Source of the DNA: a virus
Taxonomy: Duplodnaviria > Caudoviricetes
IMG/VR virus record: IMGVR_UViG_3300020576_003495
Location: 32,001-96,000 of that record
Strand: one strand, 5' to 3'
Length of the DNA stretch: 64,000 nt
The position numbers and the translations under genes are program-made. Each line of letters begins with the position of its first letter. Position 1 is the stretch's first letter. This document shows, in pieces, positions 47,706 through 56,340 of the stretch. The notes under the pieces were generated by a model that worked only from the letters and a program-made list of their open reading frames with translations, searched no databases and was not told the origin of the DNA.

Positions 47706-48893
47706 ATGTTAAAAACTGTAGCTAAAGCAGGGATACCGATTATTGCCGTTACCACGTCGGACGTGATGAACGCATCGTCTGTGTTGGCACACATCGTTGA
47801 TTCCCCCGTGGCTGAATGGCCTCAAGGTGGTTCATCTGCGGTGGATAAAGGCAACCTTAAATTTGCCAAGTTTTTCTATACCAAGGATACAGCGCTTGAT
47901 CTAAGCGAGCATACCTACGATTGGCTGGTTAAGCATGGAAAGGTTCTCTTTCTGTTGAACCACGAAGGGTCTTCCCTCGCTTTTGACGGGGGAGAGTTAC
48001 CGACACCTAGTGCACTCGTACAGTCTTTCCTGTCGACCATCATGAGCGGGGACGAAGCAACTAAATGTCTCCCCGCACTACAGGGGCTTACCCTAAAAGG
48101 CGTATCAGAATTGGTACGCATTACATCTGTTGGCGGAACAATCACCAATCACACGCTGCTTGAAAATCGGTGGATGGTTTCTTCACAAGTGCAGGGGCTG
48201 GAAGAAGTCAACAAGGACTTGGGGGTTTATTTACCCTGCAAGCAGCTAGTGGATTACGCTACTCTCAATCTGAAGTACCTCAATAAAAACGTTCCTACAC
48301 AACTTCGCCCCCGTGGTGTGTTGCTTGCCGGTGAGAGCGGTGTTGGAAAAACAATGGGCGCTAAATACTTGGCAAACCAGTTTGACTGCCCTTTGTATCG
48401 CCTTGATATTTCAGCGTCTTTGGGGCGCTATGTGGGTCAGAGTGAGCAAGCACTGAACAAAGTCCTATCTTCGGTACAAACCAGAGGGACGTGCGTGCTT
48501 CTAATAGATGAAGTCGAAAAACTGTTCGGTGAAACAGACGATACAGGCGTTACACATCGTCTTCTGGCACAGCTTCTCTGGTTTTTGCAGGAGCACAGGG
48601 AACCCGTTCTTACGGTGATGACAGCCAACAACTTCAGCAAACTACCCGTAGAACTCTATAGGCCGGGTCGTATAGACGAGGTTATAGTGATACACACCTT
48701 AAGCATGGAAGCGGCTATTGAGTTGTCCAAGAGGCTATACATTTCCATCAAGGCAAGCAAAGCGCACTATGATAAGTTTTGCTCTAGTTTTCTAAGTCTT
48801 CTTGCCGGTCTGTCTTCTGCTGACCTGACACCAGCAAAAGTAACCGCCCACGTGTATCAGTACATAAAAACCAACAATCTCTTGACAAACTAG
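47706..48893 (+). CDS. AAA+ ATPase
   Basis: Walker A GESGVGKT, Walker B LLIDE, TAN...RPGRID. Confidence 0.9.
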   Translation: MLKTVAKAGIPIIAVTTSDVMNASSVLAHIVDSPVAEWPQGGSSAVDKGNLKFAKFFYTKDTALDLSEHTYDWLVKHGKVLFLLNHEGSSLAFDGGELPTPSALVQSFLSTIMSGDEATKCLPALQGLTLKGVSELVRITSVGGTITNHTLLENRWMVSSQVQGLEEVNKDLGVYLPCKQLVDYATLNLKYLNKNVPTQLRPRGVLLAGESGVGKTMGAKYLANQFDCPLYRLDISASLGRYVGQSEQALNKVLSSVQTRGTCVLLIDEVEKLFGETDDTGVTHRLLAQLLWFLQEHREPVLTVMTANNFSKLPVELYRPGRIDEVIVIHTLSMEAAIELSKRLYISIKASKAHYDKFCSSFLSLLAGLSSADLTPAKVTAHVYQYIKTNNLLTN

Positions 48894-48910
48894 GCAAATA
48901 AGCGTACTAT
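48882..48910 (+). promoter_or_regulatory. Early promoter
   Basis: CTTGACAAA, TTGACA-N17-TACTAT. Confidence 0.75.
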
Positions 48911-48941
48911 CCCAACTTCAATAACACAAGGAAAACATACC

Positions 48942-49475
48942 GTGTCTGATTTCAAATTTAATGCCCCCACACTCGAAACTGTGAAGGGGTCTGAGGAAGG
49001 AAGCACCTACCTCGTTTTTGCCAAGGGTGGTAATCTCAAGCTGAGCATTCGCCCTTTCATGATCCCCATCAAACACAAGGACAACCCGTGGATTGCCGTG
49101 GCTGTTCGTCTGCGTGCTGAAACGGTTGATGGTTCATCCTGTTCTATGGGGATGGCTACTGACGTGTTCGGTCAGTTCGGGTTCTACGAGTCGGGACACC
49201 ACAGTTCGGCTATCCTTGCTTTGCCGCTGGCTAAGCTGCTTTGCTCCCCGGCAGAAGTCTATTCCGCTTTTGCTGCACAGGGCGACGTGGCTTCAAATCT
49301 GGTCAATCAGATTGCCGACAAGTTCTACAAGTCGGTCAAGTTCTCGATCAAAAAGGAAGATTTGATCTTTATCCTTCAAGAAAAGCTGGCCGATACCGTG
49401 CCTCAGTTTGTGCTTGAAACCAACACTGATCCAGAATTCCTCTACATCACCCTGAAAAACGAAGGTGCCGAATGA
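48942..49475 (+). CDS. Hypothetical protein
   Basis: AAGGA RBS downstream of promoter. Confidence 0.65.
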   Translation: MSDFKFNAPTLETVKGSEEGSTYLVFAKGGNLKLSIRPFMIPIKHKDNPWIAVAVRLRAETVDGSSCSMGMATDVFGQFGFYESGHHSSAILALPLAKLLCSPAEVYSAFAAQGDVASNLVNQIADKFYKSVKFSIKKEDLIFILQEKLADTVPQFVLETNTDPEFLYITLKNEGAE

Positions 49476-49885
49476 ACCAACTCAAAGCCGATGCCGTTAA
49501 CGAAACGTTCCTCGATTGCTTGTTCAAAGACAAGCCAACTGTCGGCGGATACGTCAAAGCCGAAGGGATCACCCTGTCGGTTGGATTTAACCCCGAAAGT
49601 CTTGCGAAAAACACGGAAAAAATCCATGACTTCCTGATGCAACTCCCGTCGCCGTTCCATCAAGCACACGGGGGAGGTTATTCCTTTTTGGGTGCTTGTG
49701 AAGACAGCACGGGTCTTCAGTGGACGGGTATGCACAAGGACATGGAAGAACTTTTCCTTCTCGGGGTAGCTACGGGCTATGTTAAGTGCCTTCTCCCACG
49801 GGAGATATGGAATTCCCTTCCGGGCGGGGTTCCCTATTACGTAGTTCTCACTGACCCCGTTCCCGTGGAAGTAACCCCGATTTGA
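49472..49885 (+). CDS. Conserved phage protein (GGGYSFL..C....QWTG...LPGGxPY)
   Basis: ATGA overlap; recognisable motif. Confidence 0.7.
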   Translation: MNQLKADAVNETFLDCLFKDKPTVGGYVKAEGITLSVGFNPESLAKNTEKIHDFLMQLPSPFHQAHGGGYSFLGACEDSTGLQWTGMHKDMEELFLLGVATGYVKCLLPREIWNSLPGGVPYYVVLTDPVPVEVTPI

Positions 49886-49891
49886 TTGCGC

Positions 49892-49920
49892 TTGACAAAT
49901 CTGCGTAGTTGGTGTAGTCT
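49892..49920 (+). promoter_or_regulatory. Early promoter
   Basis: CTTGACAAA, TTGACA-N17-TAGTCT. Confidence 0.75.
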
Positions 49921-49951
49921 ACCTACATCAACTACATACCACGGAGGGTAT

Positions 49952-50746
49952 ATGCAATATTTCACCAGACACGGTTCGCTTGTAGCCGAAGACCGCATCC
50001 TGTCAGTTTCTAAAGACGGGCAATCCGCATCGTACAAGTATCTGCACAGTTGTTCGCGTTGTGGTGGTTTGGGTGGCGGTAGTCAGTGGAATCATACGGG
50101 CTGGACGTGTTTTGACTGCGGCGGTAAAGGCAAATGGTTCAAGCACGACGGCAAAGCCTATAGCGCCGAAAAGAATGCGAAGCTTGATGAAGCCCAAGCA
50201 AAACGTGATGCCGCGAAGCTTGCCAAACACAATGCCAAGGTTGCGGCTCGACAAGCTGCGGCGGCGGCACTCCAAGCTGAATTCAAAGTAGGCAACGAAG
50301 ATGTGGTTGCTGCGATTAAAGCCAAGTCAAACTCGTTTTACGAGAGTCTGTATCGACAGTATCAAGATCGTGGGCAGCTTACTGAAGCCCAAGTTGCCGC
50401 TGTTAGGCAGTCCATTGAAAGAGAGAAAGACAAGGCGCTCAAAGCGGCTATAAGTTCTTTTGTCGGTGAAGAAAAGCAGCGTCTGGTTGCCAACGTAACC
50501 GTTGAGCGTGTGTCGTCCTTTGTTGGTTTGGATTGGTGTGGCCGCTCAGTCGTCAAGTACACCACCAAACTCAGGACTTCCGAAGGCAACGCCCTTGTGT
50601 ATTGGGGGCAGGTTGGGGACGAAGGCGAGCAGTTTGACCTGAAGTTCACGGTGAAAGAACACGCGGAGTACCAAGGCGAAAAGCAAACCACGATCAACCG
50701 ACCTGTTATCGTGCCCAAGGCTGAAGAAGCACAAGCCGCCCGATAA
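49952..50746 (+). CDS. CxxCxGxG zinc finger plus C-terminal OB-fold-like protein
   Basis: CSRCGG...CFDCGGKG; TVKEHxEYxGEKQTxIxR; GGAGG RBS before ATG 49952. Confidence 0.7.
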   Translation: MQYFTRHGSLVAEDRILSVSKDGQSASYKYLHSCSRCGGLGGGSQWNHTGWTCFDCGGKGKWFKHDGKAYSAEKNAKLDEAQAKRDAAKLAKHNAKVAARQAAAAALQAEFKVGNEDVVAAIKAKSNSFYESLYRQYQDRGQLTEAQVAAVRQSIEREKDKALKAAISSFVGEEKQRLVANVTVERVSSFVGLDWCGRSVVKYTTKLRTSEGNALVYWGQVGDEGEQFDLKFTVKEHAEYQGEKQTTINRPVIVPKAEEAQAAR

Positions 50747-50757
50747 TCGCACAGCAA

Positions 50758-50796
50758 ATAAAAAAAGGGGGATACCTTGCGGTTCCCCCTTTCTTC
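50758..50796. terminator. Bidirectional terminator
   Basis: A-run, GGGGGA...TCCCCC stem, TTTCTT. Confidence 0.8.
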
Positions 50797-50970
50797 GTGC
50801 TACAGTAACTTCCCGTTGGTATCCCGACTAACTAGAAGTAAAAAACCACGTTCGATCCGCTACCGTTAAGGTTAGGGTCAAGCCGCCTTTCGTTGCAAAA
50901 AGCGCACACGTCGTTTCAGGGCGAATAGTAGCATACTTGGTGATTGTGTCAACACTGTTCAGGAAAAATC

Positions 50971-52629
50971 ATGGCTTTTCAATATCCCAAAGCAAAATTT
51001 GAATACCTACGTGACATCGGTAAGGGGACGCCTTTTACGGTAGTGCACCGTGAAGTCAGAAAAACGGTGGGGCTGAAGACAGCCTTGCTCATTGCTGAAT
51101 TGGAGTGGGGATTCTCTAGCCACGAACACAGCACAGCTAAAAATGCTCACTACGGCATGCCGCGTTACATCATGCCCCCCAAAAAACAAAACAAGTACAT
51201 CCCCATCCTCGCTGACAAGTGTGACTATTCTTCTGCCCGTGTCTTCAAAGAGCAGTTCTCTTTCATCGGGGAGTACTACCCGACACTCACGGACTACTTT
51301 GAAACGGTATCCGTAGGGGAAGACCCGTTCCGTGGGAAGCCCTACGTCTGCATCTACAACAGGAAGAATCACTACGCTCGTTTCATGCGCAACCCGCTTA
51401 ACGCCAAGCGCTTTTTCATTGACCGTTTGAACGGAAAACCTGTCTTGGGGCTGGTGAAAAACAGTTCATCAAAAGAGAAAGTGCACTTCGTACACGAAAT
51501 GCTTTTTAGCAGTTCGAGTAATACTGTTAACAACGTAATTACCATTGATTTTAATAAGAATAATAAATTAATAAATGAAGTTAGTATTACTAAGAAGAAA
51601 GAGGTACTTGCCGACAACTTCGTTGTCAGCGTTGACCCAACCCCTAACAACACAGAACGGGTAGGGCAAGGCAAAGAAGAAGAAAATATTAACTTTACAA
51701 ACGTGGGTATAGAGTCTACAATAGGGTCTTCAAGAGGCTTACCCGGATTTGAAGGTAATTGCACTGATACTCAGGATGAAATTACTTGCAAGGATGCTGC
51801 CGTGATTGTTGAGAAGAAACCGTGGAGTACACCCCCCAAGTCTGCGGCAAAGATGGGGGCTTCTTTGTCTTCTGGCGAGTTACAGGGCATCTATGAAGCA
51901 AAAGCACCCCCACAGCACCTAGCAGACCATGCCCTAAGCTACAATTCGACCAAGCAAGCCCCTTCCTTGAACGCTGCGGCGTTTTATTCGGCTTGGGCTA
52001 AGGCTACCCTTGCACACTACCCTGAAACGCTTCTAACGCCCCCCACAGGGAAAGATTTTGGTGTGTGTAAAAAGATAATCAGTAATGCCAGAGAGCATTT
52101 TAACGACCCTGAAATATTTTCCATGTTCAATGCCTGTTTCAAGGCGTGGGAGAAGGGGATCATCCAAGGCATCCTGAAAACGGACACGGTGCTGTTTACT
52201 TTCCCCGCACGCCTTGAACTTACCTTCTTCTTGAAGTACCAATCCCACTTCATGACGTGGTATCAATCCAGTCTGAAAATTGAATCTCATATGAAGAAGT
52301 ATGCCGAGCAGACGAAAACTGCTGCGGTTAATACCAAGGATGCTGTTGACGGCTGTGCTGTGGTAAAATCTTCACCACCAAAGAAGGAAAGCTACATTGA
52401 TGCGGCTAACAGCGTGGGGATGACGTATCCAAAGAGCGTGCTCAGCGTGTACCCGTCAGTAGCCTACAGGGAAACAATGGAGTTTAGGCTGGCTCGTGCT
52501 GAGATAGGTGACGTTGGTGCGGGGATAATTCAGCAGATTAAAGACTATCTTGCTAAACATGCGGTTGACCTTGCCGTTAGTTTGGCTAAGACTGAAGAGT
52601 ACAAGGTTACGCATGCAAAAGAGTTATAG
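50971..52629 (+). CDS. Putative replication initiator
   Basis: Precedes DnaC-like and DnaB genes; low-complexity central linker over AT-rich DNA; start moved to ATG 50971 (AGGA RBS). Confidence 0.55.
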   Translation: MAFQYPKAKFEYLRDIGKGTPFTVVHREVRKTVGLKTALLIAELEWGFSSHEHSTAKNAHYGMPRYIMPPKKQNKYIPILADKCDYSSARVFKEQFSFIGEYYPTLTDYFETVSVGEDPFRGKPYVCIYNRKNHYARFMRNPLNAKRFFIDRLNGKPVLGLVKNSSSKEKVHFVHEMLFSSSSNTVNNVITIDFNKNNKLINEVSITKKKEVLADNFVVSVDPTPNNTERVGQGKEEENINFTNVGIESTIGSSRGLPGFEGNCTDTQDEITCKDAAVIVEKKPWSTPPKSAAKMGASLSSGELQGIYEAKAPPQHLADHALSYNSTKQAPSLNAAAFYSAWAKATLAHYPETLLTPPTGKDFGVCKKIISNAREHFNDPEIFSMFNACFKAWEKGIIQGILKTDTVLFTFPARLELTFFLKYQSHFMTWYQSSLKIESHMKKYAEQTKTAAVNTKDAVDGCAVVKSSPPKKESYIDAANSVGMTYPKSVLSVYPSVAYRETMEFRLARAEIGDVGAGIIQQIKDYLAKHAVDLAVSLAKTEEYKVTHAKEL

Positions 52630-52635
52630 GATTTT

Positions 52636-53268
52636 ATGAGCGACAAAAAAGACTACCTCGATCCAGAGCATCATGCGGCGTTGCTGCACAGTCTGGATTT
52701 CATTTCTGAGCAGACACACATATCGAAGCACCACTTGCATTACCTGAGTGCTGAGACTGTGTGTACTCCTGCGGAATTTGAGTGGGTTCGTAATTTCAAG
52801 TCCTATCTTAAAGAAGGACGGGCGGGGCTTATTCTGGTGGGTACGGATGGATCATCGCCTGTAATGAAGCTTATCAGCATCGGGGCGACCATGGTGCGGA
52901 ACGGTAAGGATGCGCGTGTTTACTCCACCGGCATGCTGTTGAGCGCTTTGGATGATCGTTATGTTGAGACACCCAACCCCACGGTGTTGATAATCCCCGA
53001 CCTGTGTTCAGGCATAACTCTGACTGCGGGGCAAATCAGCAAGCTATACAATTTGATTTTGGAACGGTTCATCGCCAACAAAATGACTATAGCGTGGGTC
53101 AGTGACTTGACTATGTTACAGACGCTGTACGGGAAGCCGTTTTATTCGTTGATTGAACAGCACTTCGATCTTATGGGGGACTTGAGTGTAGACAATTCTA
53201 AAGTAGAGGCATACAGCATTAAAAAAGAGAAGGTAGCAGGGAAAAAAATAAGTACCCTCAGTGTGTAG
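52636..53268 (+). CDS. DnaC-like helicase loader, degenerate Walker A
   Basis: GLILVG, VLIIPDL, LILERF..KMTI; synteny. Confidence 0.6.
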   Translation: MSDKKDYLDPEHHAALLHSLDFISEQTHISKHHLHYLSAETVCTPAEFEWVRNFKSYLKEGRAGLILVGTDGSSPVMKLISIGATMVRNGKDARVYSTGMLLSALDDRYVETPNPTVLIIPDLCSGITLTAGQISKLYNLILERFIANKMTIAWVSDLTMLQTLYGKPFYSLIEQHFDLMGDLSVDNSKVEAYSIKKEKVAGKKISTLSV

Positions 53269-53309
53269 CCACATTGTTTTCTACAAAATAAACTAAAAAA
53301 GCGTGGGAT

Positions 53310-54560
53310 ATGCTAGGTCATGATTTGATCGTTTCGATGGTTACGGGTGGTGGTGTGTCTGATTTCTATCACGCACGGCTATCACCAGACTATTTTGTTT
53401 CTGACGAACTGGATGTGTACCTGTTCGTTAAGAACCATGTTGATTCCTACAGCGTTCTTCCGTCCATGGTGACGCTGGAAGAAAAGTTCGGTGCTTTGGC
53501 CGCTACACCCGAACCACACGCTTACTATCTGGATCGTATTGAGCAGCGTTTTGGGTTTCAGTGCCTGAACAAGACCTTGCAGAAAAGTTCTGACCTTCTA
53601 AAGAAGAAAGACGTTAAGGGGATCATCGCTGCGTTTACCGAAGTGGCGACTAAACTTACATCATCCGCCTTGCGTTCTAGCGTGGTGGATTGGGTTAAAG
53701 AAGGTCACCAGCTAGTACAGGCCGAAAAGAACAAGGCGTTGATGGGTGCTATAGAAGGCATAAAGCTAGGCTGGAAGTACCTAGACGATATGACTTCAGG
53801 GCTAAGCGGGGGGGATATTCTGTCTGTGGTTGGTCGACCGGCGAGCGGAAAGACCTACGCTAACCTGTGGATGGGGTACAGCGCCTATAAGCAGGGGAAG
53901 AAGGTGCTTGTTTTGTCGATGGAAATGTCGCCTATTTCTATCTGCCAACGGATGCACGGCATACACGCCAAGCTGGACATGACTAACTTCAAGAAGGGTC
54001 TGGTGTCCACTGCGAAGTGGGAGTCTTTGTGCGCCAGCATGGCGATACTCGCAGCCGCAGAAAACGAGTTGGGGAACTACTTCAAGATTGTTGATGGGAA
54101 CATGAACAGCCGCGTGGATGACTTAGCCGCATTCATCGCACAGTACCACCCCGATTTGGTTATTGTTGACGGGGCTTACTTGTTAAAACACAGCAACCCT
54201 CGTTTGGATCGTTTCAACAGGGCAGCAGAAAACGTGGAGTTATTGAAACAACTTTCAGGAGCGGAGAATATACCTATGATTTTGTCTTATCAGTTGAACC
54301 GTGAGTCTACGAAGAAAAAGAAAAGTGATTCCACTGGCCTTGAGGATATTGCCTATTCGGATGCCGTGGGTCAGATTTCAAGTGTTGTTTTGGCGCTGAT
54401 GCAACCCGAGTCGACAGAGACTACCGGGCAGCGGGAGATTACTGTACTCAAAGGGCGCGATGGTCAGTCTGGAAAGTTTTCTATTAACTGGCGTTTCGAT
54501 GCGCTGGATTTCTCACAACTAGACGAAGTTGCCGAGGGCGAAGACCACTTTTACGGCTGA
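53310..54560 (+). CDS. dnaB: DnaB-like replicative helicase
   Basis: GRPASGKT, SMEM, IVDG, QLNR, KGRDG. Confidence 0.92.
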   Translation: MLGHDLIVSMVTGGGVSDFYHARLSPDYFVSDELDVYLFVKNHVDSYSVLPSMVTLEEKFGALAATPEPHAYYLDRIEQRFGFQCLNKTLQKSSDLLKKKDVKGIIAAFTEVATKLTSSALRSSVVDWVKEGHQLVQAEKNKALMGAIEGIKLGWKYLDDMTSGLSGGDILSVVGRPASGKTYANLWMGYSAYKQGKKVLVLSMEMSPISICQRMHGIHAKLDMTNFKKGLVSTAKWESLCASMAILAAAENELGNYFKIVDGNMNSRVDDLAAFIAQYHPDLVIVDGAYLLKHSNPRLDRFNRAAENVELLKQLSGAENIPMILSYQLNRESTKKKKSDSTGLEDIAYSDAVGQISSVVLALMQPESTETTGQREITVLKGRDGQSGKFSINWRFDALDFSQLDEVAEGEDHFYG

Positions 54561-54599
54561 TTTTTGAAGTCAATTGCACAACTATTAGGTAGTCAGTAA

Positions 54600-54628
54600 T
54601 TGACAAATTAGTTAGGTGGTAGTATCAT
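54600..54628 (+). promoter_or_regulatory. Early promoter
   Basis: TTGACAAA, TTGACA-N17-TATCAT. Confidence 0.75.
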
Positions 54629-54647
54629 TGCATCTTCAAATCAGGGG

Positions 54648-54866
54648 ATGCACACAATGAAAAGAAAAGCGTATCAACCAACAAAACACATGCACGGTGC
54701 GGTGTTGACACACATGCGAGAAACCGTGTTCGGCAATAAAGCGTGTGTTGAATTGTACAAAGCCGCAGAGCGTTCGGACAGGATGCGGGATGACGCGGCA
54801 CTCTTAGATGCTGCCGAAGCTAAGAGAAAAAGAAAAGCAGAGAAAAGGGCGAAACATGGCGGGTGA
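54648..54866 (+). CDS. Small basic hypothetical protein
   Basis: Downstream of promoter; AEAKRKRK tail; true start may be a later ATG. Confidence 0.55.
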   Translation: MHTMKRKAYQPTKHMHGAVLTHMRETVFGNKACVELYKAAERSDRMRDDAALLDAAEAKRKRKAEKRAKHGG

Positions 54867-55062
54867 TTTTTCGTGTAGTGGCGTGTGCAATGAAACTAAA
54901 ACAAAAACAAGACTGCGGTTCGAAAAGATATGCAAGCGTATCAATCTGTCTCCGGGGTATCCGTATAACGCCGATACAAACAAGTACGGTGGACATTTGG
55001 TGAAGCAGTCGCACTGGGAGTTCTGGCAAGAAGCCGTTTGTTATGCGAAATTGAAAGATTAG
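54856..55062 (+). CDS. Hypothetical protein
   Basis: Fills gap; start uncertain. Confidence 0.45.
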   Translation: MAGDFSCSGVCNETKTKTRLRFEKICKRINLSPGYPYNADTNKYGGHLVKQSHWEFWQEAVCYAKLKD

Positions 55063-55063
55063 C

Positions 55064-55091
55064 TTGACAAACTATAAAATAGCCTTATAAT
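55064..55091 (+). promoter_or_regulatory. Early promoter
   Basis: CTTGACAAA, TTGACA-N16-TATAAT. Confidence 0.75.
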
Positions 55092-55135
55092 AGGCACATA
55101 GTTTCAAAACAACTTTACTTTTTACGGAGAAAAAG

Positions 55136-55594
55136 ATGCCCATAACCATTACCAAAACCACCAAGGCGGCTAAGTACGTTGATAGCAAGAGCGTCAAGCC
55201 AGTAGCCGTAAAGTCTGAGGCTGATGTCAAGGCAGAACGCATTGTTGCCGCTCAAACGGAGCTAAAAGCAGCAAAGAAGGTTGTTGCCGACTACGAAGTC
55301 GACCGCAAGTTTCTTGCCGCGCTGTTGGATGAAACCGCAAAGCCTGAAGACGAAGTGGTCTACAACGTTGAAGGTGGATCGGTCAAGTTTTCTCCAAAGA
55401 CGGAACAAACATCTTTGGTTGACGCTAAGGCTGTTCACAAGAAGCTTGGCGATGCCGCGTTTTACGCCATTGCCAAGGTTTCGGTTGAAGACCTGAAGAA
55501 GTACCTTTCGGCGGTTGAACTTGCGGCGTTTTGTGAAACCAAGCTTACCGGCGCACGACGCATCAGTGTTGTTGTCGACGCTGTTAAAGCGTAA
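55136..55594 (+). CDS. Lys/Ala-rich hypothetical protein
   Basis: GGAG RBS; biased codons. Confidence 0.7.
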   Translation: MPITITKTTKAAKYVDSKSVKPVAVKSEADVKAERIVAAQTELKAAKKVVADYEVDRKFLAALLDETAKPEDEVVYNVEGGSVKFSPKTEQTSLVDAKAVHKKLGDAAFYAIAKVSVEDLKKYLSAVELAAFCETKLTGARRISVVVDAVKA

Positions 55595-55604
55595 GGGGGA
55601 AACC

Positions 55605-55940
55605 GTGGATATTTCTAAACTTAATAAGGCCGCTGTTCTGGCGGCTCTTTACAACGGTTCCAAGCAGCAAGGCATGGGTTTCATGCATGTGCGTGGTGGC
55701 GAAGGTATGACGGTTGAACAGGCGCAAGCGGAAATAGACAAGTGCCTCGTGTATGCCTTAAGTCTGGGCGTTCCTGAATCAGAGCTAGGCAGGGAATCGC
55801 TGTACTTCGACTACCTGTACGGTCGCGCGTTGAAGATTGACCTTAGTGAAGATGACTTGTTCACGGGGCTTTACAACCGGGACAACGGGCAAGGTGCCGC
55901 AGAGCGCATTATCGAAGAACTGCGCAAGAACGCGGCTTAG
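55605..55940 (+). CDS. Conserved phage protein (KAxVLxALYN...YFDYLxGR..K...YNRDNG)
   Basis: AAGGGGG RBS before GTG 55605; recognisable motif. Confidence 0.7.
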   Translation: MDISKLNKAAVLAALYNGSKQQGMGFMHVRGGEGMTVEQAQAEIDKCLVYALSLGVPESELGRESLYFDYLYGRALKIDLSEDDLFTGLYNRDNGQGAAERIIEELRKNAA

Positions 55941-55948
55941 GTAGGGCA

Positions 55949-55986
55949 AAGGTTTGCTCTAATAGAGGCAAGCCTTCTTTCTTTTT
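55949..55986 (+). terminator. Intrinsic terminator
   Basis: AAGGTTTGC/GCAAGCCTT stem plus CTTTCTTTTT. Confidence 0.65.
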
Positions 55987-55994
55987 GGGATGAA

Positions 55995-56333
55995 ATGATA
56001 CAAGCTTCTGATTTCGATGAACTGGTCTTCACCTGTACGGATATGCTTTTGCATAACCCCAAGAAACTGGTGGATGAACTTGTTCGTTCTGTCGAAGAAG
56101 ACACCTACTACGCGGCAGTTACCTCGTTTGCGGTGTTGCATGCCTCTATAGATTTGTGCTTGCCGCAGGAGCATGTTTCTACTTTTTTCGGGGCGGTTTC
56201 GTCCCTGTGCTCTGCGGATAACGTGTCTGAGTGCACTCGTCATCTGGCTGAAATTGAATCCTCGTACTACGCGGGGTATATGGACGACTATCAAGGTATG
56301 CCCGTGTTTCAATCGAACAATACACTACACTAG
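55995..56333 (+). CDS. Hypothetical protein
   Basis: ORF fills gap before primase. Confidence 0.55.
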   Translation: MIQASDFDELVFTCTDMLLHNPKKLVDELVRSVEEDTYYAAVTSFAVLHASIDLCLPQEHVSTFFGAVSSLCSADNVSECTRHLAEIESSYYAGYMDDYQGMPVFQSNNTLH

Positions 56334-56340
56334 GTCACCC

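Noticed and set aside
50812-50870. GTTCGATCC T-loop-like motif suggesting a tRNA
   Set aside because: No convincing acceptor, D or anticodon stems could be built around it
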